DNA of 64,000 bases from Vicugna vicugna (Eukaryota): NCBI GenBank assembly GCA_013265495.1, contig MU057521.1, forward strand, positions 1,128,335 to 1,192,334, given 5' to 3'. The notes under the pieces were generated by a model. That model was not told where the DNA came from and ran no database searches. It saw nothing but the letters and a program-made list of their open reading frames with translations. How positions within the stretch are numbered: position 1 is the stretch's first letter; every line of letters begins with the position of its first letter. Both the position numbers and the translations under genes were made by a program. Below are positions 27,957 to 41,248 of the stretch, piece after piece.

Positions 27957-29053
27957 CTAAATGGAGTTAAGGAAATGCCAAAGTAAGTCAGAATTCATAA
28001 AATTTCTTTTTCATTTAGAAAAGATAAGCCTATTCTACCATGAGGGTAATTTGCTTTTTCATATACACATATGATTATAAATTGTTCTAAATGAATGTTC
28101 CATCGTATCTCTCTGCAGAATTGAAAGAATCAGGCTGACGAAGCAATGTACTAAGAACAATGAGGCCTGGGAGGTTATCCTCACTTGTCACTAGTAACCT
28201 TGGGAAGATGACTATTTTCCTCCCCTCATGATATGATGGAGGTGGATTATTGTATCTGTAGTTGGATGCTAATAATTTTTTTAAGTGATAGATCTTTGCA
28301 GCTGAAATATGATTTCAGTCCATATAGGCCTGCTGTGTGCCCATGACATGTGAAACGTGTTAGGTTCTTTGGAAGGCTCAGAAAGAAATAAGAGATCATG
28401 ATTTAGAATAACTGAAGAGAGAATGAGAAAGTGTTACACATGTTTTTGACATTTTGGAAATTACATGTGTAATAGTGCAGTAATAAAAAGGAGATACTAA
28501 CTTTATTGGTGTCTAAGAACTTACTGCTAGTAAAGCATTTAAAACAGTGCCTGGCCCACAGAAAGGGCTTGATCAATGTTAGTTATTTTATTATTATAGA
28601 CACATATACAAAAGTGGTATAGAAACACTAAAGAAGAAGCATGAATCATGACAACTTCCGGTGAAAAAGTAGCATCTGAGTTGGTGACTTGAGCCTCTAA
28701 TATATTCATGGTTCCATGCATTCAACCAATCAACTAACCAACTAAGATTTATCACCAAGTATATGTCTTTACTTTTTAAAAACGTGTGACAGGTGACAAA
28801 ATATTGTTGGTATCTTGGATGTAGGTACACACACATAGACACTTATCTGTTATATCATTCTTCATGCTTCTGTATAAGAGCTCCAAAATTTTTAAGTGTA
28901 AACTATATGAAAAAAATTACGGTTGAAAGGGCGATTAAATGGCCTCCAAGATAATGTCACTCTCAAGCAACAGGCAGAAACACTCCCACCTCTCCTTAGT
29001 CCATTAAATGGGAGGTTGTAGTGCCTTAAAAGTAAAGTCCAAACAAAGGATAC
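27957..29053 (-). other. U12-type (minor spliceosome) GT-AG intron, 1097 nt
   Basis: 5' splice site GTATCCTTT (29053-29045); branch site TTCCTTAAC (27974-27966) about 10 nt before the AG; no long polypyrimidine tract between them. Confidence 0.93.
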
Positions 29054-29140
29054 AAGGAAAAAGGCCCTACGGAGGTCATCCAGATAGAGGTCTCGAAGCT
29101 GGGTTATATCGGTATTATAGGCAAACTGGATACTGGAGAC
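29054..29140 (-). CDS. PIGN: PIGN coding exon (~25): [29 protein letters not shown]
   Basis: cccatag|GTC...CTT|gtatccttt (U12-type donor); 87 nt. Confidence 0.96.
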
Positions 29141-29882
29141 CTATGGGATAAGAAGAAATATAGGAATGAACAATAACAGTTCGCTTACTTCTGCCTTCAG
29201 AGGCAAACTGTCCAAGTTACAACAGCTAGAAAGACACCTTCAACTGACAACAACAAAAAATCAACAATAAATCTTTTTCTATAGCTTAACTACACCTTAA
29301 TAAAACCTGCCAAAAGGTAAAATATATTAACACTACACTGAACAGAGCTGTAGTATGGCTATGTGTCTAATAAAGGTAAGAATTGGGCTTTTTCTTATCC
29401 TGCATAAATGCTTCACTTTTAAGTCCCTATATAACTCTTTCCTTTGTTAATACCTGATTTCTCAGTGTCCTGGTCTTCTCAAACCCAGGTATGGTAATGA
29501 TATTAAAAAGCATGATAAAATTAAACATTTCTCTGTTTCTTTGTTCTTCTGTTAATTCATTTGTAGAGAAATTATTTTCTCTGTATAAAAAAGCAAAATA
29601 TTTCTGTCTTTGGTAAAATAAAAAGTCTCAATTCCAACAAGATGGGTGCACTCTTGCTTAATCCCTCTCTTCCCACAAAAGAAAAGCTTATGGATAAGTT
29701 TAAAGGGAGACTTTCCCCATCTCCCACTTCTCATGTAATTTTCTACTAAGTTCTTAGGATGTTTTAGTACCCTTTTCTAGAAAAGGACATATCTACTTTC
29801 AGTTAAAATATAGAATTAAAAAAATAACACAATAAATCTCATTTTTAATTTAATGATTATTTGATTATTAAAATATTGAATA

Positions 29883-30027
29883 TTTCTTATTGTAGTTTTT
29901 TTTTTTATTTTGGCAGAGGGGAGGTAATTAGGCTTATTTATCTTCAGAGGAGGTACTAGGGATTGAACCCAGGACCTTGCGAATGCTAAGCATGTGTTCC
30001 ACCACTTGAGCTACACCCTCCCCCACC
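29883..30027 (-). mobile_element. Vic-1-like SINE, full length with TSD
   Basis: TSD taaaatattgaata at 29869-29882 and 30028-30041. Confidence 0.88.
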
Positions 30028-30951
30028 TAAAATATTGAATACTTAATATTAAGGACAGTCTGACCATTTACTTGAATCTGATTAAAACTGCTTTTCATGT
30101 ATTGTTTTACTACTCCAGTACTGGAAGTTAAAAACCAGTAATTATTCAATATACTTCAAAAAAGTTTCTTCTTTATTAAAATTATTTATTATAAATTACC
30201 AAGTACTCTTTGTGAACTCAACTAGAACCAGTTAAGGATGAATTAATGGATCAACTATGAAGGCATTTTTCTGCAATATTCATTTCATCTGACCTCAGTA
30301 AAACTGTAAGTATTCTATCACCAAATATCTTCAGTTCTAAAATAAAGGCAAGAGACATCAATTTACTCTCTAGCTCAGCATGATAAAGGAGTCCTTAATG
30401 TTTGGTTGGCTTTTAGCCAATTTGAAGTATATTATGCTGAAAAAGCAGTCTAAGATTTGGACTGAAACCACAATCACTAAGGTGACAATAAGCATTTTGG
30501 ATTAGAATAACTAGAAAGAGAAAAATAACACTGGGGACACAAATGTCATCTTATGATCAAATTCACAGACTGAATTGTGACAACATAAATATCCTTCCAA
30601 CTGAAATAAATTGAAGGAAACAAATTAACTGTGAAAACAAAGGAGAATAAGATAAAGAATATTCTTTTTTCTCTATTCTTTCACTATATTAATGTTTTTT
30701 TACAGCAGAGATTCTCAAATAATCTCTAAGAAAAGCCCAATCCATACAATGCCCAGGAAACAACAAAATCGTGCTTTTCTGGTGTAAGTGAAAATTTCCT
30801 TACACACTAATAGTTTAACTTAATTATTAATGCCTTAAACAGTATAAAATTTTAAGTAGAATTTTCAATGAAGTAACATTGCAACTTCCTTATAGGATAG
30901 AGAATAGTTTAATATTTTCAAATAAATGCAACAATGATTTTGACAAGCTAC

Positions 30952-31054
30952 CTTCTGTTTACAGGAAATACCAGATTGCTGCAGGGTTTCTTGTTCCATG
31001 TGTATCCAGACAAACATCAAACATGACAATACTAATGGAAACAGAGCTTCATAC
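30952..31054 (-). CDS. PIGN: PIGN coding exon (~24): [34 protein letters not shown]
   Basis: ccttag|G...AAG|gtagct; 103 nt. Confidence 0.96.
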
Positions 31055-31399
31055 CTAAGGGGTGGGATGTGGTGCGGTGGGAGTGGGAGGGCAGAAATGA
31101 AAAGAAAAAAACATTAAGCAAAAAAAAAATGTGAATTTATATTGATAGGTCTTTCTCAAAATTACAACAATCTTCATAATAATTCTAAATCACACTATCA
31201 CAAAATTTAAATTTTCTAGGCTCTCCAGAAAAAGAAAGTAGAAAAGGAAAGTAACTTTTAAATATCAACTCCAACACCATCTTTTTTTTGAAATTTAAAT
31301 AGTCTTGAGATTATTACGTGTTTATAATAGTAGATATTTAAAAATCATTCATGAGGTAACAAACACATATACACAGAAAAAAAGAGAAAACATTAAGAC

Positions 31400-31975
31400 A
31401 AAGGTAAAAAGACAATTCCTGAGTTAAAATTATTAATATGCATAGAAGAACAAGACAAATAACCCCAATTTTTTTTAAATGAGTGCAATACAGGAATATA
31501 AACCTCTCAAAAAGAAAAAAAAGAGCTAATAAATATATGAAAACATATTTTGAGCTTACTGATAACTGAATACAGAAATTCAAAAATAGGTAGCTATCAT
31601 ACTCATAATATTTACCCATATTAAAAAAATGTGGACAAGAGTGTAATGAAAAAGGAACTCTCATATTCTCTTCATAGGAATAAATACTTCCTGGAAGGCA
31701 ATCTAATACTATGCATCGAGAATCTCAAAAATATTCATATAGTATAATCCAATGATGTCACGTCTAGGAATTTACCTTGAGAAAATAATCAGACATGTGC
31801 ACTACGATTCTCATAGGAAGATGTTTGTTGTAATATTTCTCACAGAAGAGAAAAACAGGAAAACAACCTAATATGCAGAGGGCAGTTTGAGTAAATAATG
31901 TATGGTACGTTTCTGGGCTGGCATAGAATGTGGACATTATAAAGTGAACAAAGGAGAAACGTTCATGAGACAACA
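31400..31975 (+). mobile_element. Very old L1 (L1ME-like) fragment
   Basis: Degenerate ORF2-end motifs: gaactctcatatt...ctggaaggcaatcta...ctaggaattta...gatgtttgttgtaatatt. Confidence 0.55.
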
Positions 31976-32559
31976 TAGTGACAGATGCCTATTTTAATCC
32001 TTTTCTGTCCTAGTTTAAGATAAGTGCTTCACCTTTGTAATCCCCCAAACACTCTATGATAGTACTTATCACACCTTTTTAATCACACGTTTATTTATAT
32101 GTATCCCCTGATAGTTTGGAACATCTTTGACTGTGTCAGTCCTGACACCACTCAGGCCCAGCTCATAGCATTTGTTGATGAGTTACTTACCTAACTGGAA
32201 GTTACAAAACAAAATCAAACAAACCAAATCAAAACAAGGAAACCTGTATTTTTCTTTCAACTTTTTCAACTACTGAACTCTATTCCACATGGCACTATTC
32301 CCTGAACATGAGAAAGCAAGAGAAATCAAATGCTTTAAACTATATCACAGATCATAAAACTAAAACACTGAACATCAGGCACAAGAAAACATTTAGTTTG
32401 AGGCAGCATCCACAAATCACTTGTTGTGTAAGACTTAGAGCACTCAAGGATATGTATGAACAGGCAATACATACTTGACAAAATACCATTAGTAAAACAA
32501 GTACAGAAAATTATACAAAGATGCACTATTTTTGGCCTACTAAAATAGCATTTGATATT

Positions 32560-32660
32560 CTTCTTTAAAAATGAAAATACCAAATACTGTGAAAGATATA
32601 TGATGAAGTAGGTCCCTCATAGGTTGTTGGTGATATTCTAAGCTTGCACTGTTTTAAGAC

Positions 32661-32705
<45 letters not shown>

Positions 32706-33160
32706 TCACCTATGAATGACTCTATGGCACACATACAGGCTCACTGAGAAGTGAGCAAAGGCAATAATCTAACTATATAAAGAGTTTATGCATAAATACG
32801 TAACTCAAAATATTATTTATGATAATAAAAGTAGAAATAAAAAAGATGGCCAAAAATAAAGAAATAATTTTAAAAAATCAAGGTGCAGCTATATCATTGA
32901 GTATTAAATATCTATTAAAATGATGGTCAGGAAGCCGATGAGCCACTTGGGAAAATGCTTCTAAAATAATGTTAAGCAGAAAATAAAGATACAAAATAGT
33001 ATGTGGACTATGATTAATACTGTGTTAAAAAGATGACTACAGAGGTAAGACTGGAAGGAAGTATTCCAGAACATCAACAGGAGGGGTAGGGTTAATAGAT
33101 GATTTTCCTCCTTATTCCTGCTTTCCAAAATGTGATTATACTATGTTTACAATGATTTTA
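32560..33160 (+). mobile_element. Very old L1 (L1ME-like) 3' fragment containing an A37 tract
   Basis: aaataccaaatactgtgaaagat...ataatgttaagcagaaaataaagatacaaaatagtatg. Confidence 0.45.
32667..32703. repeat. Poly(A) tract, 37 nt
   Basis: Uninterrupted A run. Confidence 0.95.
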
Positions 33161-36100
33161 AAAAATAATTGGTGAAGAAAGATTTAGAAAGCCTATATCC
33201 TAGGGCCATTCTTTAAAATTCAGTTCAATTGCCATATGAGTTCTTGTTGGTACCAATTCAGCTCCCCTACTCAAACCCTTTCTCTAGTCATTCTTTCTAT
33301 CACACAATTCACAACTGAACTTATAATAACTTAATTGTTGTATTTTGTAATTACCTAACGCTGTAAAATAGAGTCCTTGTTTTATAGCAGTTTACAAATC
33401 TGTTATACACCTGGGGTACACTAATTGTTCCACCTGCAAGTCTTTTTAATGTTCAGAACACTAGAACTATGAAAAAAATTGTTGATTCATTGAATCAAGA
33501 AGGTGCATTCTCTGAGCAAAAGAGGACAATGATTTTTTAAATATCTGCAGTTATATATGAAATTATTCTTTCCTAATATGTAAAAACATAAATTCCATAG
33601 TCCTACAAAGTGTTACAGATTTACTTCTTTTCAAAACCTATGAAATAAAATTTTCGTAAAATGTAGATGAATAAATCTGATAAAAACAATCTTATCAGAT
33701 CTCATTTGTTTAGACACCAACATCTCATAAAAAGTCTGCATATCTGAGTTAATAAACTGAAATATCAATAAAATGTCATCACAGGCTTGCAGTAAACATA
33801 ATAAAAGCTTACTAAATTAGGATCTGCTAGTTTAGTCTCTGTGTAAATTGAACAGCGCCAAAAAGACATTTAGTTTGTATTATATTTTGTTAAGTAAAGG
33901 TATAATAGAATCAAAATTTCAGAGGAAAATGTTTGACCAACTTAAGAGAACTATTTTCAAGTATTACAATAATTTCCATTTGCATAAAAATAACTAAATG
34001 CAGATTTAAAATGAATCTTCTTTATTCATTTAATCAAGGATGCATTGTTAGAATTTAGGATTACTATTACTATATTTTTATAAAGTAATAAAACTGCATT
34101 TCTTTTAAATATCCTATAATCCTGACTAGTCACTTATTTATACAGAGAACCCTCCAAGTTGTCCAAAACAGTGATGTGGAACAATAACAGGTAGACTGTA
34201 TTTTGCAAAACTGATTTGACACTGAAAAATGTACTTACTGAAATTATCAGACTGCTGCTTTAAGCTACCCCTGTTTAATTTTTTTTTGCAAAGGTAAATA
34301 TACTATCGATGTTGGATAATATATTTCTTAAGACATTCATTAATAAGGTCATATTCATCATTAATATTCTGATTTTAGGTGTGATTTTTTTTTTTGCTTT
34401 TCAGATCTTCTTAAATGTGTTTATGATAATCTGCTTTAGTACCTTTTGACTATGAAATTGATGACTTAAAACCCTATAATACTTATCCCCAGTGTAAGTT
34501 ACATGATTAACTCATTCTACATTATGAAATATTTTTGACTGAAGTTTCAACTTTAATTATCCTTCCTTCCTTTATTTCTAACCCAGCAAACTAGATCTAT
34601 TTCTAGATTTGTTTGTATTTTTGAATCTACTATACACTCTTTAAATCTTTAAAAGATTTAGATTGCTTTAGAATTTAAAGGTTCAAAAAACAAAAGGGCT
34701 TGGTGATCATTAAGTGACTGTGTAGGAGCTGACACATATTCACTTATTCACTTCCTTAAGACAGCCTCTGAGTGTGATCTTAATGAAACTTGTGTGTTGC
34801 TCCAAAATGGTGGGTAAGGAGAGAAATGATTTTACCTTCTGCTTTCTTATCTAGACTAAAAACTTGTGCATATTCTAATTCATATATATCTTGATGGATT
34901 CCAATTACAACTAAATTATTTATCCTGAAATTTCACTAATAGAGGAGAAAAGAGTGAAGGATTTTAAGGTCTCATTATGTTTATCATTCTTGAGTAAGAA
35001 TATGCTGATAGACTTCAAGTTTTATTTGGAAGTTCAAAGTTCTAAGTCTCAAGACAAGTACATCTTAAGATCTGATTAGGTGACTGGTGAAAATTTCCAT
35101 GTTGCTTATAGTATCTCTACATAGCTATGCCCCAGGTCTGGTTATGTGGAAGAAAGGAAAAGACAGGTGTGGGAGCTTTGGTGAGAGAAGGAGGTATAGC
35201 GCGCCACAGGATCATCTCCTATCTGGGGATTATAAGAACTCCTGGGGTCTAGGTCATGTAGGATGTTAGGGTCTAGTATGAAGAGATTTTGAGAATATCC
35301 CTCTAATTCTGAATTAGGAAACTAAGCTTCCCAAAGAATGAACCTAAGTCTCGGACCCAAAATGGCTTTACAAAATCATCTAAACTGGGAATAATCTGTT
35401 GACAGCACAAAAGTAAATCCCTAGGTGTAGTCTAACTGGGGTCAAAATCCTATCTTTGGACCAAATTTCAAAACTGTCTGAGTCGTGGTTATTCTATTTG
35501 TTTGTCCTATTCAGTGTTTTTTGTAATATGTACATTTCTCACCACTGTAAGGATTTAAGGAAAGATAGAATAAAATTCAAAGGCAAGTGAAGAATTCTTT
35601 CCTTCAGAGTAGACAGGGAGAGTATGTCGCTGTCCTCCATGAGTTGTAGAGAATGCTACAGAATCCAAGCCAAATCAAGTCATTCTTTTTTTGTTTTTCT
35701 TTTACAAGAAAATTTCAATCTTCAATAAGAATTGATTCTTGAACTTTGGAGAAAATATTCTAAAAGGTTTCTGAATCAAAGGGAATATTTCAACTATGAT
35801 ATATGTAAGGGTAAAAATAAAAGAAAATATACTGAGAAGAATGAATAAATTAAAACATAAAGTGCATGAAACGAATGCAACAAAACCTAAAATTCTTGTA
35901 AGTCATTGTTTGAGACTTATAATTCCCCCACAATCTATAAGAACCTTCTAACACTGTAGTTAAGCAACATTTTAGCAACTTCAGGAAATAAACAGAAACA
36001 CAAAGACAATAGGCAATAATGCGAAAATGATAAGAAAAAAAAACTGAGGATTACAGATCAAGTCCTATAGAGTTTTTACAGAGTAAACAATATTTATGAC

Positions 36101-36213
36101 TTATTCCTCAAGATTCACACATTTTTCATTTCCAGAGGTTAAATACTCAGAGAAATGTCAATATATCATTTAAAACTTGCTACTAAAAATTAAAATTTAA
36201 AAACAATTCATAC

Positions 36214-36316
36214 CCTGTGCTTAGAAGTAGGTAGGTTGACATCGAGGAAAGAAGAATGCTGAACAATCGATCAAAGAGAATCAGAGGACTCAGCAGAGGC
36301 ATGACGAAGGAAGAGG
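36214..36316 (-). CDS. PIGN: PIGN coding exon (~23): [33 protein letters not shown](G)
   Basis: actgcag|CC...AGG|gtatga; 103 nt. Confidence 0.96.
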
Positions 36317-36409
36317 CTGCAGTAAAACAAATTTGGGTAGTGTTAGTATGAGGCGCACAGTGTATGTGAGTTTAAAGCAGTGAATAATCTATTATCATTT
36401 AGAGCATCT

Positions 36410-37085
36410 ACTGTTAACATCATACTCAGTGAAAAACTGAAAGCTTTTTCTCTAAGATCAGGAACAAAACAAGGTGTCCATTCTCATCACTCTTACTCAA
36501 CATAGTACTGAAAGCCCAACCTAGAGCAATTAGGCAAAAGAAAGGAAGAAGTAAAACTGACGCTATTTACAGATGATACTATAATATGTACAGAAAATCC
36601 TAAAGACTGAACAAAAAAACTGCTGGTACTAATTAATGAATTCAGTAAAGTTGCAAGATATAAACTCAAGATACAGTAATCAGTTGTGCTTCTATGCACT
36701 AACCACAAGACATCTAGAAAAAATGGGGTCAAATATATATCTCTATTTGTAAATTACATGGTCAGATACTTGGAAAATCCTAAAGAGTCAGTGGTAAACC
36801 TAACCCAAGAAATGAAACAATTCAGTACAGAAGTAGGATATAAAAATTAACATGCAAAAATCAGTAGCAACTTACACTGAAGTAAAAATTAGAAGGTACA
36901 ATGAGAAAAGCCCATTTACAATTTCAACAAAAAAGATAAAATACTTAGGAATATACTTAACAAGAAGTATTCTAAGCCAATATAAAGAAAACTATAAAGA
37001 CTACTTTTAGAGGCACAAAGGTAGACTTGAATAAGTGGAAAGACATCCCTTGTTTTTGGTTAGAATGTCTCAACATTACTCATGG
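36410..37085 (+). mobile_element. L1 ORF2 (RT region) fragments
   Basis: gaaaaactgaaagctttttctctaagatcaggaacaaaacaagg...tttacagatgatactataatatgtacagaaaatcctaaagac (degenerate FADD region); a second similar piece follows. Confidence 0.8.
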
Positions 37086-38875
37086 TAAATATATAAGTTT
37101 CCCAAAGTTAACTGGCTATATTCTTCAAAAATGTCAATGTCATAAAAGACAAAGAAAGGGAAAATGCCATAAAGGACATTATTAGGGCAATTGAAAAATT
37201 AATATAAGGATGGTAGAATAGATAAAAATATTGAATACAGTGTTTAAAAAATTTTACTCATACACACACTCATAATCACAGATGAGGAAAGAGAACGTGA
37301 CATGGAGGATGACTTTTTGTAATTCTGGTAAATTTCTATTTTTTAAAACCCTTTTAGAAGTTTTAGATGCTTAAAACTGAGGTACAATGATATGTACACA
37401 AATTCTGTTTTCTTTGCTTCTCTTCTTCACTGCATTTTATCCCAAGGTAGGCAAGAAAACTAAGACGTTGAACCAGGCTACACTGTAAAGAAATGAGGTT
37501 ATGAGATGAGCAAGAGCAGGGCTGCTACTTATGAGACCTGATCTCCTGTTTATCATTTGCCTTATATTGTTTACATGCTGGTGTGTGCTCTATATGACTG
37601 CATATTTATGAAGTCATGCAGTAAAACAAAAAGATTTCCTTTTTTAATATTACTGTTTCCATTCACAATTTTTGGATTTTCTGTGGATTTGAAAACTAAC
37701 ATGTCAAATGAGAGATCACTACATATAGTTAACTCACTAGAAATTAGCCCCACCAAACAGCCCTATAGAATATTAACTCCAGGAGGGTGGGGATTTGTTC
37801 TATATCATTCTCAGGGAACAGAACAGTGCCAGAACATGCTACAAACTGCACACAATTGATTAGAATGAAACAACAGTCTCTGATACTGTCATGCAGAATG
37901 AATGTAAATAGTAACTTTATTAATCAAAATAATTTGAAAGGGAAGGCCTACATAATTCCTGTAATGAAATGAAGCTTACATGGTGAAAATAAAAGTCATA
38001 TAAACAAGAGCATTTATTATTCAAGAATAACTTCCACTTACACACTGACCAGGGTGTTTGGAAATGAACAAATTAAAATTTTAGAAGATACATGTCTATT
38101 TCCTATTGTAATTTTAAGCCTCTGCTTGAATTTTAAGAGCAATCCAAGGAAAAACACTCTTATCTCTTAATCCTTTTTTTTTTTTTTAACGTAAAGCTCC
38201 ACCTAGGGCAAAGAAAGATCTTCTTCATTTTAAATGATGAACAACAAAAATCATTTTTAAAATGTAAAGGTTAAATTGCATATCACACCATTCACTGGCA
38301 TTAAAAACATTTTTTTAAAATGAGAAACCTGGACTTAAAGTTTGCTCCTGTTTTCTAGCTGGAAGGAAAAGCTAAGTCCTCACATGACATTTGTTTGCTC
38401 CACATGCACATTCTTCAAGTACTACAGAGGAATATGTTTTGAAACATATAACTGGCTTTATAAAATGTGTAATGTTATTAGGAGGCAACTAATCAATGTT
38501 ATTTCCAGCAAGAGAAATACAGATAAAATTTAACTGCTTCCTAGTCCCCTGTGTTAAGAACTGAGAATTTATGAACTGACATGAAATTTCTGCATAGGAA
38601 TCTCTTCACAAAATCTTCTCGCTTGGAATCATATTTATTTTTATTAGGTGTAAATAAATATACAGCCTTATTATCAAGTCATAAATATTCCATCAAGTAA
38701 TTCTTATTAACACATGAATGCTCACCAAAGTTCTAACTTTCTGTCAAATTCCAGTGAGATAGAAATAATAGCTGGTAATTATTATTTTCCTGCAACAAAA
38801 TTATTTCTTTCAATAACAACAATACAGATGTGACTTGATGTAAAGTTATCTCATTTGGTTTGATTGACCTCTTAC

Positions 38876-38984
38876 CTAATATCATCCAGCTAGCAATCTG
38901 ATTAAGCAGAGGCAGTCCTTGTTTTTTGAGGAGACTCTTATGGGTGCCATACACAACACACATGGAAAGCACCATGCTCACCAT
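38876..38984 (-). CDS. PIGN: PIGN coding exon (~22): MVSMVLSMCVVYGTHKSLLKKQGLPLLNQIASWMIL(A)
   Basis: tttcag|ATG...TAG|gtaaga; 109 nt. Confidence 0.96.
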
Positions 38985-39443
38985 CTGAAAACAAACATAG
39001 AATACGCAAATAAAAGACAAGGCGGTGAGACACTGATTCACATATTAGAAAGAATACTTAGGAAAGTGCTTGAACAAAGTGCTTGAATCTGGCCTAAATG
39101 CTACTGAAATTGGAACAGCTCACCTTCTTGTGGCCAAGACCAAGACTCAGAATTCTTGTACAAGCATGAAATGAGGCATTTTATACTTTCAGGAGTATTT
39201 CAGCATTCATTATCACACTGCTTCTATTTAGAAATATTTGTTATTAATCCTGAAGGTTTCTTAAATCATGGAAATGCAGAGGGTGAAATGTATACAGCTT
39301 AGCATACAGGGCTGAGTGTCTCCCACCTCTGGCCCTTGCTCATGGTCGTATTTATTTATTCATTCAACACATATTTGTGGACTGAATATTCATTGGTACT
39401 GGGAATGCAAGGGGTACAATAATCTTCAGGGAATATATATAAT

Positions 39444-39708
39444 GTTGAGTTGGTAAACTATGGCTTACAGGCTGGTGCCTGTTTTCAGAACACTGTTTTA
39501 TTGGAACACAGTCATTCCTGTTCATTTATGTGTTGTCTATAGCTCCCTTTGCCCTACAATAGTAAAGCAGAATTGAACAGACTCCATGTGGCCCATAAGC
39601 CTAAAACATTAATTTATTTAGTTAGTTCTAGGTGACTTTCCTCCCATTTATTCTGATGCCTAAAATATTTCTAATCTGGCTCTTTAGAAAAATGTTTGCT
39701 GACCCCTG
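39444..39708. mobile_element. hAT-Charlie MITE, MER58A-like
   Basis: ttggtaaactatggc...ttttattggaacacag...ctaaaatattt...gtttgctgacccctg. Confidence 0.75.
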
Positions 39709-41139
39709 AATTAGTGGATTAATAGCCAATCTAAGAAATGTGCTACAGTATGGCTGTGAACAAACTAAACTCACTTAGAGATCAGATTAGCAACCCGATC
39801 ACCAAATCATAAAGATATATGTAATTTACTCTTATATTTTTAGTGAACTAAGAAGGAAAATATGCTGTCAGTAAATCTATGACACAAACCTAGGATCCTT
39901 TCACTTTTAAGACACATTCTCATTTCAGATACGTTATGTGAAAAGACGTAAATCTTAGAATCAAAAGAAAATATATGGCACACAGTAGAGGAATTAATGC
40001 AAATTTATAATGTAAAAAGGAATTTTGTAACAGATTTACCTTATACTTAGGGGTATTTTTACAAAGTCCATAAGAATTTTAATATGGTATTCTTTGCTCT
40101 TATAGAATGAGATTCAGAAACATATGTACCTGTTAAAGTACTCATTACAGGTGAATTTTGTCAAAGCCTCTCTGGGTTTAGCGTAAAGTCAGGCAGTATA
40201 CCATTCAAAATGAAAAGATATGTTCCAATATCTTGATAGGGTCCTTGACAAAAATATTTCTTCTCTTTGTAAACATTCTCTGTTGTTCTCCAAGAATGAA
40301 TGAACACCTTCTAAGTACTGTATATTTTTATCTTAGAGGGTTCTTGGAAATACTATTATCCCAGCTTTGTTCTGAGTAAATTTTTTGAGAAGACTCGTGA
40401 ATTTTCTTTTTAATCAGTGTTCTAGATGTGGTTTGTTTTTTGTTTAAAAGAAAAAAGAAGTGTTTTCCCCTCTTATCTACAAAAATGCTATCATGTTACA
40501 GTATAAAACATTATATAATCTTTCACAACCCTATTGGATATTATCTCTACTTTATAGATTAAATACAAACAGACTGAAGTTCTGTTACTGAAAATCACAC
40601 GCCTAGGACACAGCATAACTGGGAATTGACTCAATTTGGAAACGTCAAGTACAAAGTTCTTTTCACCACACCAAAGCTACCAACCAAGGTAAAGTTCATT
40701 TTCTTCTCGGACGTCATCTGAGTCTTACACGGGCTATTCTTCATATAAACATACACAGTGGCTGCTTTCACTCCAAAGAAGCTTACTTTTTTCCTAACCC
40801 AAATGAGGACCATACAGACTCTCACTCCAGAGGAGGCCTTTTTCAGCTCAACTTCTTGTTAATACTGATGCCTCTGACACCTCCTTAAATCCTGCTCTTT
40901 AGGCATTTTGGGAGGTGGGGGTGGGACAGGCGGGGAGGAGGAGGACTTCCTGTTGATCTTTTTGCTATTTCATACCTTTCAGAGCACGTATCTTAAACAA
41001 AAAACTTCCTTTTCAGCTGGCAGGTACAGAGTAATAAAAAACATGATTGTGTCTTAAGAACAAGATAAATCAAACAAAACCATAAAATACATTTTAACAT
41101 ATCATTAGTAGAATGTAGTATTAAAAACCTGTAACTGAC

Positions 41140-41248
41140 CTGTAATAGGTGTAACACCAGCTCTTCATTTACAAAACTATCTTTTCTTTTTATGACAGAT
41201 GTTAAAACAAACAGGGAAAGTAGAAGAACCAGCAAGCCTGCACCCATT
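41140..41248 (-). CDS. PIGN: PIGN coding exon (~21): [36 protein letters not shown]
   Basis: aaacag|A...CAG|gtcagt; 109 nt; overlaps ORF 40993..41247. Confidence 0.96.

Noticed and set aside
33674..33699. Small hairpins and palindromes (atctgataa...ttatcagat; ttctgatatcagaa at 7321-7334)
   Set aside because: Expected by chance in AT-rich DNA; too short for a pre-miRNA.
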